From contig RHPI01003169.1 of the NCBI GenBank assembly GCA_009103225.1, positions 162,899 to 226,898 of the forward strand: DNA of 64,000 nt, in the 5' to 3' direction. This document shows positions 52,612 to 64,000 of this stretch, in pieces (the first letter of the stretch is position 1; the number at the start of each line of letters is the position of its first letter). Position numbers and translations under genes: made by a program. This DNA comes from Chlorokybus atmophyticus (taxonomy: Eukaryota > Plantae > Mesostigma and Chlorokybus algae). The notes beneath the pieces are model-generated. The model was not told the origin of the DNA. It did no database searches and saw only the letters and a program-made list of their open reading frames with translations.

Positions 52612-55600
52612 AAACACGACAAACACGACCTCCTTCCACACGCGCTCGCCGCTACCACCCCACACCACCACGCGCAAAAAAAGGAGTGCCTGAGCCCACC
52701 ACGTCACACCGTCCTCATCACCTTCCAACTGAAGTGTAGAGAACCAAGGCCGCCCATGGAACATCCCAGTTGCGCGCGCCATGCTAACTCCTGATGTCAT
52801 GTACACCGCTGCGCCTCCGTTCACCACGCGAACAGCACGCCACCCGTCGGCCAACTGCAATTGTTCCCTCCTCAACCAGCTGTCCAGGGTGGCAGGCAGC
52901 TTGTCGGGGAATGGAATCTTCAAGGCGACTTGGCGGCTACGCGCAGATCCGCTCCAGTACGGGCTGGACTCCCTCCTTGTCAGCACATCCGTCCGTAGCA
53001 ACTTGTCCGTCTTCTCCATGACATTACAGCACTGCTGCCGCGCCTGCGCCATGACCGAACGCATCTCGGGATCCACGACCATGCCATTCTCTCTCACATA
53101 TTCCGCACAGCTCCATGCCTTCAGGATACATGCCTGGTAGTCCCGGTTGTTGCCACCATGCGCCCACCGTTTGATATTTTGGGCGTGCGTCTGCTCCATG
53201 CGGTTGGCGCTGAACCAATCTGGGTGTCCACTGCTGACAATTGCCGGCCCAAAATAAGTGAGCTGATGCATCTTCTCGATCTTCCAACCTGACTTTTGTG
53301 CAGAATATGACGACGGTAGCGGATGCAACACTGCAGCTTTGAAGGCAGCCAGCTTGTTGTCGGCTGTGGTCAGGGTCTCTCTTGTGTGTTCATGCGCCTT
53401 GAGCAACTTCTTGTTCCACTGGGCAAGCGATGCGGCAGCAATGGTGAAGAAGTCGTTGCCCTCATTGTCGAGCAGCAAACCGTCTGCGAGGACCGGCATC
53501 AGCTGCAGCACCGCCACTTTCTCCACCACCTGAAAGGAGTGGTCGGACAGGAAGAAATCTACTATGCTTGTGGGTGCCTTGAAGTGCGAAACCCGTGGAG
53601 TCGCCTTGCATGCATTCAGCCTGTGCACATCTGCTTTTGAGCACGTGTCGTTGGCTTTTGTGGTCAACGCAAAAGCAACACCAAAGCCGTGCCTGGCCTG
53701 CAGAATCTGTCTCGTGGATGGACGCATTCGTTCCTTCGCGGCGTCGTACACAGCAGCAAGCAGGTGGTCAATGATGCCTCCCAGCACATGCATTGCGTCA
53801 GGGGCAAAACGAGAGTAGCAGTCAGCTCCCGGCACCCGCGACTGTCGCCAACCCCGCAGTGCATTATGTTGCCAAACCACATTACCTGGTTTCACGGAAA
53901 GCCATTCATCCTCACGAATGCCGATAATTTGACCATTACCTCCTCGACATGCATGGAGTGCTGCTCTTTTAAAGCCTTGGCTGTCTAGCGTGCATTCCTA
54001 AGACTGCTATGCAGGTCCGCCCGCAGCTGACGTATTGCTGGTGTGTAAAAGGCCTCGGTTTTCAATTCCTAGTCCTCATCCATCTCCAACAGATCTGATT
54101 TGGTGACGAGACAAACATCGCAAAGATGTCGTGTTTGGTTGCCCGACACAGTGCGTGCGAGTGTGGCAGTCTCCTACAACACGACAAGCTCAGATGTTCT
54201 ACTAACAACATCCTCCATGCACTGTTTGCTGGTAGGCTGCATCCGGTTACAACCATGCATGCCCACTACCTGCAAATCGCTGATGTAGTTGGCAAGCGCG
54301 GGAAACACACGACGCTCGATGCCATTCGAGTCGATGAGCTGCAGACCTTCCCAACTCGTCCGCTTCACATCCCCTAGCACTACATTCAAAGCGTCATGCA
54401 AAATGTCACGTTTCCGAATGGAGAACGATTCCTTGCCCTGCGCCCAGGTGGGATGCCCGGCCACTGCGTGAACCACCGGTAGAAGCGCTATCATAACAAC
54501 CCCCATGTTGCTAGCATACATGTCCCAACTGTAGTTGGCAAGCGATGCCATTAGAGGGTAGCCAGAGCGCTTGCCCGCGCTGTCCAGCGTAGTCTCGTCG
54601 ACGTACAGAATGGCAGACGCCAAGTAGGACGCTTCCCCCACCTCTCTCCTCAAATCCACCTCCATATCCTTCCACCAATCGTGGAAGGATGGCCAAAGCT
54701 GTGCTCGTCACGACTGTACTGGAGATCGGAGCCATTGGCGGCATGTGGATTGCCATACAACCGCGCGGACCATACCTGCTCCGCCAAGAGCATTACTTAC
54801 TATGCTGGCCTCATAATAGATACTGCATCGATACTGCATTAGGTACTGCATTTCAGAGACCTTGGCCGGCATGTATGTGACGCTGATGTTCTGATCCTCA
54901 GGGTCTCCAGGCTTGCGCAGGTCAGCCGTCACGTAGTTCTAATACGGCAGCACACTCGCATGTGCATATGTGACATGGCTCTGATGGTTGAAGCACATGC
55001 ACCGCACACCGTGAACACACTTCAGACTGAGAGAAAGCAATTGTGGTCCGGAGGTAGCTGGCCACATGCACACCGGTCTCCCACTGGAACTCTTCCGTCA
55101 GGAAGTGTGCATTTTGGATGCACTTAATGATCCGCCCCATGTCGAAGGCCGACAGACCTTGGCCGTTGTTGCACTGCACGAATGCCACTGCAAGAGCATG
55201 CTCCGAGCCATACCACCTGAGTTTTGACGCGTGCGAAGGGACGCCTCCACTTCCATATTGGCGTGCCACAGGTTTCTCAGGCACACGCACACATCGAAAG
55301 CCCTCGTTCACTTCCTCCTCCTCCTGTTGCTGCTGTGCGTGTGTCTCCTGGAGGAATCCTTCAGCATCAAGCATGTGCGCATCCTGGATCGAACTCCCCG
55401 GTTCAACATGACCCGCATCGTACTGTAATGGACGCTGGCCGACATGCAGCTTGATCTGCTTGCACACCCTACTGCTGATAATGTGCATGTAGATCGAGCG
55501 GCGTGTGGCGAAGCGCATGTGGCAATACAAATAAAGGACTTCCAAATCTCACTACTAACGTCGACACAGGTGTCGCCAATGCAACCTGCATTATATCCAG

Positions 55601-57460
55601 CAACACGCACACCCGCCGCCGCCGCCGCCACCGCCACCGCCACCGCTACCCTTGCATGCCAGAGGCGGGAAACTTGGCCGCCATTCACTGGCTCCGTCGT
55701 ACCATTATTATGGTACGATCGAGCCATTGCACGTCCAGAGTGAGTCTCTGCACACACATATATATATATATATAGGATATATATATATATATATATATAT
55801 CCTGATTGAACCGTTTTAATGGTACGAAGATGCCTTTGCCAAAAGGTACCATTGAAATGGAACCTTTGTACAGTGGCAATGGCAGTTCGTACTATTGACA
55901 ACTCTGGCCATGTCAGTCTCCCTGCGCATGAAAACACCATTGATAGCTCCGCCAAGCTATGCCCTTACAGGGGCGTGATGCCGAGGGTATGTGGCGAGAG
56001 GATCGTTGGCGGCGCTGCCAGGGGCGTAGTGGGCATTGTGGTCGAGGTCCGGGTTGAATTCCATGTTCGCACAGAGCGGGCAGGGTGCGGGAGGGGTGTC
56101 CTCGGTGTCAAATCCCACCATGCCTACCAAGGGCACAGCCCATGACAACAGTGACTCGGGCGATATCTTACAGGGCTCCCCCTCCGAGTGGCCAAAGGCA
56201 CACCACAATATTGCCTCCAAGAAAATCCGACCCACCAGCAGCTGCGACCACGGCGACATGATTGAAGGGACCAAACAAGACTGGCATAACCAAGGTGGGT
56301 TACGATGCACTGTTAATGCCACATGCTAGGGTTCTTTTATCTTGCACATGCACAGCCTCAAGTATCTTGCACTTGACATACACTGTCAATACCACATGCA
56401 CACCCTCATGCACAACCTCCAGTGTCATGCACATGAACAGCATGACCAATCTCGCAAATGCATAGCCTATTTCTAGTTGCGGGAGCTTACAAGTCGCAAA
56501 AGAGAAGCTGCGGAGTACCACGAACGGGTAATCCATGACCTAGTTTAATGTTTCCAGCGGTAATTAAGCAGTATGCTTGCAGATTGCCATGTTGGTCATA
56601 GTGAACCGAGAGCAGCGCGGCAGGCTGACTGTCTGCCTAGCGGAGTGCAACAAAGCGGAAGACGAGGTAAGCATGTGTATGCTGATGGGCTAGTCCTCTG
56701 GCAGCACACCACTCTTACAGCATTACCAAATGCAGGTGGTCACTCTCAGAGCGACCATCAAGCGCATGCGCGTGCACGGCGAGGCGCTGACATTCAAGCT
56801 GAAGGACGAAGTAGCCGCTGTACTGTCAGCGAGCGAGGCAGCGGATGAAGATGACTTCGGCGTTGAAGCAAAAGACTTGTCGGAGGAGGAACAGGAGGAG
56901 GGGGTTTGAGGAGGAGTTTTGAGGCAGGCACCACGGGTTGACAAGCTGCGCATGAGTCCGACAGCTAGACTCAATGTTATAGGGTAGTTTCATGCGCAAG
57001 TTGGCTGCTCAGTTGCAAGTGGACATACTCTCACCACTGCCGGTACATTGTGAATGTGGGCTTATAGGTGCAAGACCAAACAATCACTCCAAGGTTTGGA
57101 CAAGCTGCATGGCATATTAGTGTTGGCTTACGGCAAGAATTGCCAACTTTTGTTAAACGGCAAGGGTCACATGTTAACAGCAGTGCAACGGCAAAGAAAC
57201 TGCCGGCTATTGCTGTCAGCTGTCCGTAACTACCGGCTAACGGCCGTCTGTGCACATCGACCAAAGGGTAGCTGCTTGACAACTCTCGGCCGGATAATGC
57301 CATTGACAACCACTTTCGGCCCGCGGCCGTCTGCGTCAGTCCACTTAAGCCAACTGCAAACCCAACAGTCCAAAAATAATATTTCAGGTAGCGACAGGCA
57401 GGCCCAGGCAGGCTTGGGCACCAGTCAGTCCCTCAGTCCTTAGTCAGTCACCGTGTAAAA
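52612..57460 (-). mobile_element. Plavaka-type (CACTA/CMC-related) transposase element inserted in the Copia integrase
   Basis: ILYVDETTL..GYPLMASLAN..ILHDALNVVL..GIERRVFPALANYISD; PDAMHVLGG; KMHQL..G..DWFSANRMEQTH..KRW; ACGGCAA repeats at about 57130-57200. Ends are approximate. Confidence 0.72.
55755..55800. repeat. (TA)n microsatellite
   Basis: Direct reading. Confidence 0.9.
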
Positions 57461-60400
57461 TTTGCGACGTCGAACACGCTTCAAGAGTGTCCTGTTGAGG
57501 CGTTCAGCTGCTCCATTCTGCTGCGGGGTGTAGGGTGCCGTTGTCTCGTGGCGTATGCCCTTGCTGGCGAAGAACTCCTTCAACTCCTTGTTAATGTACT
57601 CCCCTCCTCGATCACTCCTCATTGCCTTCATCTTGTTGCCAGACTGGGTCTCCAACAAGGCCACAACTGTGTGCACAGCTCCAGCAACTTCCGACTTCAT
57701 TGTCAACGGAAAGATGACGGATAGCTTGCTGTAGTCGTCGAGGAATGTAGCAAAGAACCTGACCCCTCCCTTCGCCACAATGCGCATAGAGCCACAGACA
57801 TCCATGTGCACAAGCTCGCAAGGATGCTGACTGCTAGAAGAGGATGATGGGAATGGCATAGCATGCTGCTTTGCAACCAGGCATGGTTCACAAAGTGCAC
57901 CTGATGCATTTTTTAAGTTCTTCTGTGCTGAGATGGATGCCCTTGACCATCTTCTCAGCGACAAGGCGAGTGAGGTTGACGTAGCTGAGATGCCCGAACC
58001 TTCAATGCCACAATGTTGGCGACTCCTTGTCCTTCACCAATATGGCTTGAATGTCAATGTCCTGAGAGTGCTGCTCCACGTGGTAGAGCCCTCCCGGATC
58101 AGCGATTCCAACCATGTGCACGACCCCATCATGAATGACTGTGCAGCTACCCTTTTGGAACACTATCTCTGCTCCCAAGCGCTCAGCAACTCTTGTAGAG
58201 AACAGACTCGCAACATCCTTTGGAACATGCAGGACGTCTCGTAACTACACCTCTCGCTGTGTGTTACCAACCTTGCACAAAAGTCGCACATTGCCAACTC
58301 CCTCACCCACCAGTACTTCACCACCGAAGCCCGTCACCTTGATTGTGGACGTCAGCTTCCTGTAGCCCTCCATCACCTCTTTGTTTGGTGTGAGATGACG
58401 AATGCAGCCAAAGTCCACCACCCAGAAAGCTGTGCCCGCCCTCGAACTGAATGCAGTGAAGGCGACATGTTTCTCCTTGTGTTGGTGCTCGTTGCCGCTG
58501 TTGCTGGTGCTTGCTCTAGGTTGCCCCTGTTGTTTCTTCCTACAGTCCTTCACAATGTGCCCCTTCCAACCACACCAATGGCATGTGAGGTCTTTGTGAC
58601 GAGGATTGCCAGCCTTGTTGCCCTTGTTCTTCTCTTCATGGTTGCTCTTCTTCCCGTGCTTGTTGGTGTAGAAGGCCACGGCATCAGCTTGCTCGTCCTT
58701 CTTCACAACCCTCTGCTCCACGGTGAGCAGCTTTGGTAGCACATCGTCCAACGTCAACTCCAATGATGACGTCTCCAGCAGGGTTGTGACGACCTCGTAT
58801 TCTGCTGGTAGCCCTGCAACAATGGCCAGCACTACCTCCGTCTCCCCCATGTTGTGGCCGACCTTAATGAGGTTTGCAAATAGCTCTCTTGCGCGTGCAA
58901 CATACTTCGTGATAGATTTTGCTGCCTTCTTCCTGAGTGCGATGAGCTGCGTAGATGCAACTTTATGGCATTGTTCATGGCTCTGAAAACGGCTGATAGC
59001 TTTTTCCAAGCTTGTCTACCATCTTCACATGCAGTGAGCATAGGAAAGTGATGCGGTTTGCTGTTTAACACAAGCAAAGAGTGTGCTTCTGCTGAATGCT
59101 CTGACCACATAGTGTTCGCTCCTGGTGTTGGTGGTGGTGCCTTCGAATCAACGTACTTCCACACCTTTTTGTGGATGAGCAAGGCCTTCATCTCCACGCA
59201 TTATGTGTTGTAGTTGTCGGTGTCCAGCTTTGCAATCTGCCCCTTGTCGTAGGTCGCCTCCATCACTGTCGTGCCTGCCTTCACTTGCAATTGACACCCA
59301 AGGCTCTGCTACCAACAAGCTACCGTAGTGTAGAACGACTATGCACACAAGCTAGTCTCACACTCCTCAAGCGTAATGTGGGTCCATAACCTGTTGAAGG
59401 ACTAGCATGCACATGTAGTTAAGGCAAGCAGAGACACATAAAGACAGAGCTACCGCCACCAGAGCATACACAAGTCACATCACATCCATATATTACAAGT
59501 TGTCCGCTGGTTCTTATACCAGCCAGTTACACACACGTCTACCTTTGCAAGCACTGCATAAGCTATACTCAGCCTTTTTACGCGCTCTACGCTACATTGT
59601 CTTTCTTACAACCACAGCTTTTCAACAAGCTCTCACACGCCCAATTTGAGAAAGTATACGCGGAGATACAAAGCAGTTAGTAAGGCTCCAGTGGAGTCCG
59701 GAGTCTGGTCCGACGACGCCATCTTGCTAAGTCCGGACCTAGTGCTCGTCCTTACGACCTTCTACTCCTGTGCGGAGGGTCGATGTTGATCGTATGTAGG
59801 AATGACTCTCAACAGGGAGATGGCCAGCGTGCGGGAGAGGGCCAGCGTGCGGGGCCGTTGCAGCACCATTATGGGATGACCAAGGTACGGCTTGGTACCA
59901 GACAGGTACCATAGTCGGCTGCTGGTACTGCTACTGTTGCTGCTGCCACTTCTCCCCCGATTGCACTGGCTGCACGTACTCTTGATACTCCGGCGGTTGC
60001 GCCCAATGATTGTCCATCCAGATACGGCGGTAAAGGCGGCCGCCTGTCCCCAACGAGATTAAAGACACACTACACCCTTCCCACCACCAACCTCTTCGTC
60101 TCCGCCACCGGCACTAAGGCCCCCTCAAATACTTCTTGCCACGTGCCGTCTCTCGCGAGGACGGCGAGGTTGCAGCGTCTCTCGGTGCCCGGTCCGTTCG
60201 GCGACTGCAGCTGCAGTCGCCAAACGGACCGGGCAGCGGGAGACCGTACCTCCAGGCCACAGTCCTCCGCCCCTATCACGAGGCTTGTCACTGCCGGTCG
60301 TCCCCACTCTAACGCCCCCGCCCTACCCAGCCGCCTATCAACTAGGCGGCTTGCGAACACCTGTACGTCATAGACGTCTAGCTCCCAGGCTAGCGGAGCC

Positions 60401-61023
60401 CGGTCCCCCTCCTGCCGCCTATCCCACAATTGGCACACGTCGCCTGTGAGTAGCTGCTGGGCAAGCAGCGGCTCGCCGGCCACCTCACCCCAATGGCGCC
60501 AGTACCTATCTTCCCCCAACCATGCCATACGACACTGTTCACACGTCGGTGCTTGCCGCCGCCTCCGCCGATAGCCTTAGCAACAGGCACATGGGAGGCG
60601 GGGCCATACGGCGGTTGTGGTCAACGTGTGCGCACAACGAGCTTGTGCGCACAAGGTGCTCAGCGATGGCTTGCGCACAAGGGGTGCGATACGGCAGATA
60701 AGTCCTCTACGGCATTAAATGTATGCCCAGAGCCAGCCAATTGCATAGCAACTCTGTATGAAAGAACACTTCAGACGTTTATGAACAAGGTTGTTGCTGA
60801 CTTGCTGGGTAAGAGACTCCTCGTGTACCTCGACGACATTCTCACAGGGCTTTTTACGCGCAAACCAATCGTACGCGGCCCGCAGACAACGTCTGGTACG
60901 TTCTAGCTTACCAGAGCCGCGACTGGTCGGGCGTTGCCGTCTGGCTCCGGGGCCGGACGGCATGGTCTGAACGATAGGACCAAGGCTGGTCGCATGCCCC
61001 GCGGTCTGCGAACCATTACAGTA

Positions 61024-61448
61024 TAGTCTAACCTCGATAAATGCATACCATTGGGAACGGGCTTATGTATGCACTTATCGCGTTTATGCATCCTCGTTAA
61101 ATACATAACTTATGCACCCGCTTGAAGTGCATATATTATGCACTTATGCTTGGCATAAATGCATAACCCATGCACTTATTGAGTAAACCTCATCCTGAGT
61201 TACGTTATAACGTGTACGACCGTAACTATGATACACTGTAATCATAATTTGACTGTAACTTAAGTGTAATTCACCTTGATAAGTGCATAGACACACCAAA
61301 GGTTGAGCATCTCAAGGTATGCACTTATCGATAAATGCATATGCTCTTAACGCACAGGTCTTCCCGCTGAAGACGTCGGTGATGGCCGAATTTATGCACT
61401 AAACGCGGATATGCACTAATCGAATATGCACTTATCGAGGTTAGACTG
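61024..61448. mobile_element. 425-bp MITE, Tc1/mariner-pogo type, copy 1
   Basis: TIR (C/T)AGTCTAACCTCGATAA(G/A)TGCATA; TA on both flanks. Confidence 0.88.
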
Positions 61449-61623
61449 TAGTACAGTGTAAAGCACTGGTGCAGCGGTTCAATTGAACAGACAAGGGCAC
61501 AGTGTAGTCCAGGGCTACAGTGTAGTCGCGTGCCCCGCCTGTGAACCAGGGGCAGCACTGGTACAGCACAGGATCCGTACGGTAGAAGTAGGGCTGATCG
61601 CGGCCTGCCAACCAGAGCAGCTA

Positions 61624-62048
61624 CAGTCTAACCTCGATAAGTGCATATTCGATTAGTGCATATCCGCGTTTAGTGCATAAATTCGGCCATCACCGACGTC
61701 TTCAGGGGGAAGACCTGTGCATTAAGAGCATATGCATTTATCAATAAGTGCATGCCTTGAGATGCCCAACCTTTAGGGTGTCTATGCACTTATTAAGGTG
61801 AATAACGCTTAAGTTACAGACAAATTATGATTACAGTGTATTATGGTTACGGTCATACACGTTATAACGTAACTCAAGATTAGGTTTACTCAATAAGTGC
61901 ATAGGTTATGCATTTATGCGAAGCATAAGTGCATAATATATGCACTTAAAGCGGGTGCATAATTTATGTACTTAACGAGGATGCATAAACGCGATAAGTG
62001 CATACATAAGCCCGTTCCCGATGGTATGCACTTATCGAGGTTAGACTG
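61624..62048. mobile_element. 425-bp MITE, copy 2, inverted relative to copy 1
   Basis: TA-CAGTCTAACCTCGATAAGTGCATA...TATGCACTTATCGAGGTTAGACTG-TA; the interior is the reverse complement of copy 1. Confidence 0.9.
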
Positions 62049-63673
62049 TAGATGCATGGCTTGCGCACCATGCATGGTACGGTAATCGAGAACTGCGGTC
62101 TGCTCACTACCGCTGACTCAGCGGAAGGGATCGATCGTACGTCAGCAGAACGCGCAAGCAGCGGCATGCTGTAATTATCCGCGCTTGCTGGAGTGTCAAT
62201 GTCAACCTACTGAGCTGTAGTGGTGCTGCGGCCCAAGCTTGCGGCGGCGGCGACGGCGGCGGGGTGCGCGGGTAATGGGTGGTAAGCAGTGGGTTTGTTG
62301 AAGGTTGCTTCACTCTTGATCGGTGAAGCATTCATGTACAGTAGCTGTATGCATTGCTGCTGTAGTCTTGATGCAAGCACGCAGAGTTACAGCGGCTGCT
62401 ACTCAGCCAGCCTGCTGCTGCCGCAGCTGTTATTGTTGCTGCCGCAGCTGTTATTAGCTTCTTGATGCTAAGGTTGTGATGAATATACCCCTTCGCTTAA
62501 GCCCTGCCGACAGCAATTGTTGATGCTGCCGTTGTAAGTGCTGCTCTTCTGGTGCTTATGCATGCGAGGGTGTTGCCACTGCATGTGTTTGCGTTTTGCC
62601 AACAGCTGGCTGATTAGCTTGTATGTGCACCACTTATTGTGACAGATAAGCGTGCCTCTCGTCTTGTACAGTCAGAGCAAGTTGGCAGCTGCTAGCTGCT
62701 AGCTTGGTCACGAATGAACAGAAAAAGTGCAATTGCGCATGTTGACTGCTGTGCAGAAGCTGCTTGCGTTGTGCCCGAAGCTGTGCATTAGCTAGCGATC
62801 AGCTTCGTCAGATGAATTTGCTTGCATGGTTGGTGTAGCCCAACCTGAAAGTCATGCAGGCGGATGCTCAAGTGAAGTGCTGCCAACCAGAAAGTTGGTA
62901 GAGGAGGCATGGATGGTCACCAGGCACGGTGCCTTTCACCGAGCAGCTGGCATGCAACGCCTGCTTGAAGGTGCCGTGAGCCTGTGTGTGTGTATGTATC
63001 TTTTATAAAAGACACCTACACAATGCTTTGTGCGTGTGCATGCTTGCAGGTGCCGCGCCTGCAAGCATGCACGCATACACGCGCATTCACGCATCCTCGT
63101 GCACGGTGCGCGTGCATACATGTGTATGCATGTTCGAGCTTGCGTGTGTGGCTCTTGGCGGCCTCGCATGTACCTGTTTAAGAATTCTCATCTGTCCGAG
63201 ACATTGCCGGCCGCAGAGTGATTGCCTAGGACGCTGCGCAAGGCTAGTCGCGCGCCGGTGATCTAATAGTGCTCCAGGCCATCACCGGGAGTCACCCCCA
63301 CCAGGTGCAGGTGACTAGCGGGGGGAGCCCGACGCTGCTGCTGTTAAGAGGGCGCAAGACTGCCAGTGGGGGCTGCTACAACGAGGTCCACCAGCTGAAT
63401 AACAGGTGAGCGGAGGGGGAAGGGGAGATAAGTGCGCGCATGCGCGTGCAAGCATGCACTCTTGCTCTACCTTATACTCTCTTATGGGCTGTTTTGCAGA
63501 CACGCATGCACGTACGCACTTATACATTTGTTAGAAACGGCTCAGATCGACAGAAGTTGTCTCATAGGCGGCACCGTGCCGCTTATGAGACAGTTGCTGC
63601 AGGCTGGCTCATAGGCCGCACAGTGCGGCCTATGAGCCAGTTCTGCGTGTACACTAAGCACGGGAACAAGTGT

Positions 63674-63726
<53 letters not shown>

Positions 63727-63924
63727 NAAGCATGCGCGCATGTTCATGTGAACGTGTGCACGTGCATGCGCTCACACGCAAGCATGCGGACTGCCCCAAC
63801 ACTGGCAACTTGAACTAGCAACCCGCAGTTTAAAAGCGGGAGTGAGTTTGTGGTGCGCGGCTTTGCCTATGCTACCTACACCACCCAGTCCCAGCTGCTC
63901 GGCTCTCCACCATCTTCAAGGTGC

Positions 63925-63925
63925 G

Positions 63926-64000
<75 letters not shown>
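63925..64000. repeat. (TG)n microsatellite
   Basis: Direct reading; runs to the window end. Confidence 0.95.

Larger units (their letters stand above)
50027..59814 (-). mobile_element. Full-length-footprint Ty1/Copia element, degenerate, with a DNA transposon nested in its integrase
   Basis: LTRs 50027-50453 and 59392-59814 (TGTTG...CAACA); TSD GGAAG/GGGAG; PBS GGTTATGGACCCA; PPT GTGGGAG; gag knuckle CHWCGWKGHIVKDC; PR WVVDFG; INT LVHMDVCG..SDRGGEY..AAERLNR; RT HHLDVKTAFL..YVDDI; RH YCDSDFAGD..CDNQGAI. Confidence 0.93.
43886..60769 (-). mobile_element. PAT/kangaroo-like DIRS-order retrotransposon with split direct repeats, carrying nested Copia and Plavaka elements
   Basis: A1 about 60527-60769 = A2 about 44254-44498; B1 about 44499-44640 = B2 about 43918-44042; ACAC is shared at both junctions; removing the element restores the Gypsy RT frame. 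Confidence 0.85.
40051..60845 (+). mobile_element. Ty3/Gypsy LTR retrotransposon (5' LTR, PBS, gag, PR, RT), RT split by a 16.9-kb insertion; 3' part absent
   Basis: LTR TGTAACA(40051)...GTCACA(41403); PBS-like GGGTATCGGAGC; gag 41512-42327; PR 42576-43118; RT LRMCIDYRALN...FGLTKELAT (to 43885) resumes LQTFMNKVV...VYLDDIL (60770-60843). Confidence 0.88.

Noticed and set aside
52611-57464. TAAA as TSD of the Plavaka element
   Set aside because: Removing the segment leaves about 16 extra bases in the Copia integrase, so the ends are not cleanly defined.
60845-62506. Possible hAT element with CAGGGCTT...AAGCCCTG ends
   Set aside because: Only an 8-bp inverted match, and the flanks (CATTCTCA vs CCGACAGC) show no 8-bp TSD.
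62100-63900. Short ORFs near the window end
   Set aside because: No recognisable motifs or consistent exon chain; probably intergenic or intronic.

Overview
Eukaryotic, TE-dense window, most likely from a green/streptophyte alga (inference from an AHK1-like kinase, intron style and TE types). There are two host genes: the last exon of proteasome alpha-4 (172-420) and an intact 19-exon AHK1-like hybrid histidine kinase (27518-33268, minus). Most of the rest is nested, degenerate transposable elements. Main system: a Ty3/Gypsy-like family that encodes a C5 cytosine DNA methyltransferase between protease and RT, a DDE integrase and a C-terminal PHD finger. The best-preserved copy (1836-13114) has split direct repeats (A1-ORFs-B1-A2-B2), TG..CA-type ends and a 4-bp target duplication. 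This layout is normally seen in tyrosine-recombinase retroelements. The right half is a four-level nest: Gypsy > PAT/kangaroo-like DIRS (YR, RT, RH, Dam-like MT) > Copia > Plavaka/CACTA-like transposon. Also present: pogo, LINE and SINE remnants and two large inverted-repeat structures. The long poly-C/G runs and N blocks are treated as assembly artefacts. All calls come from manual reading, with no database searches.
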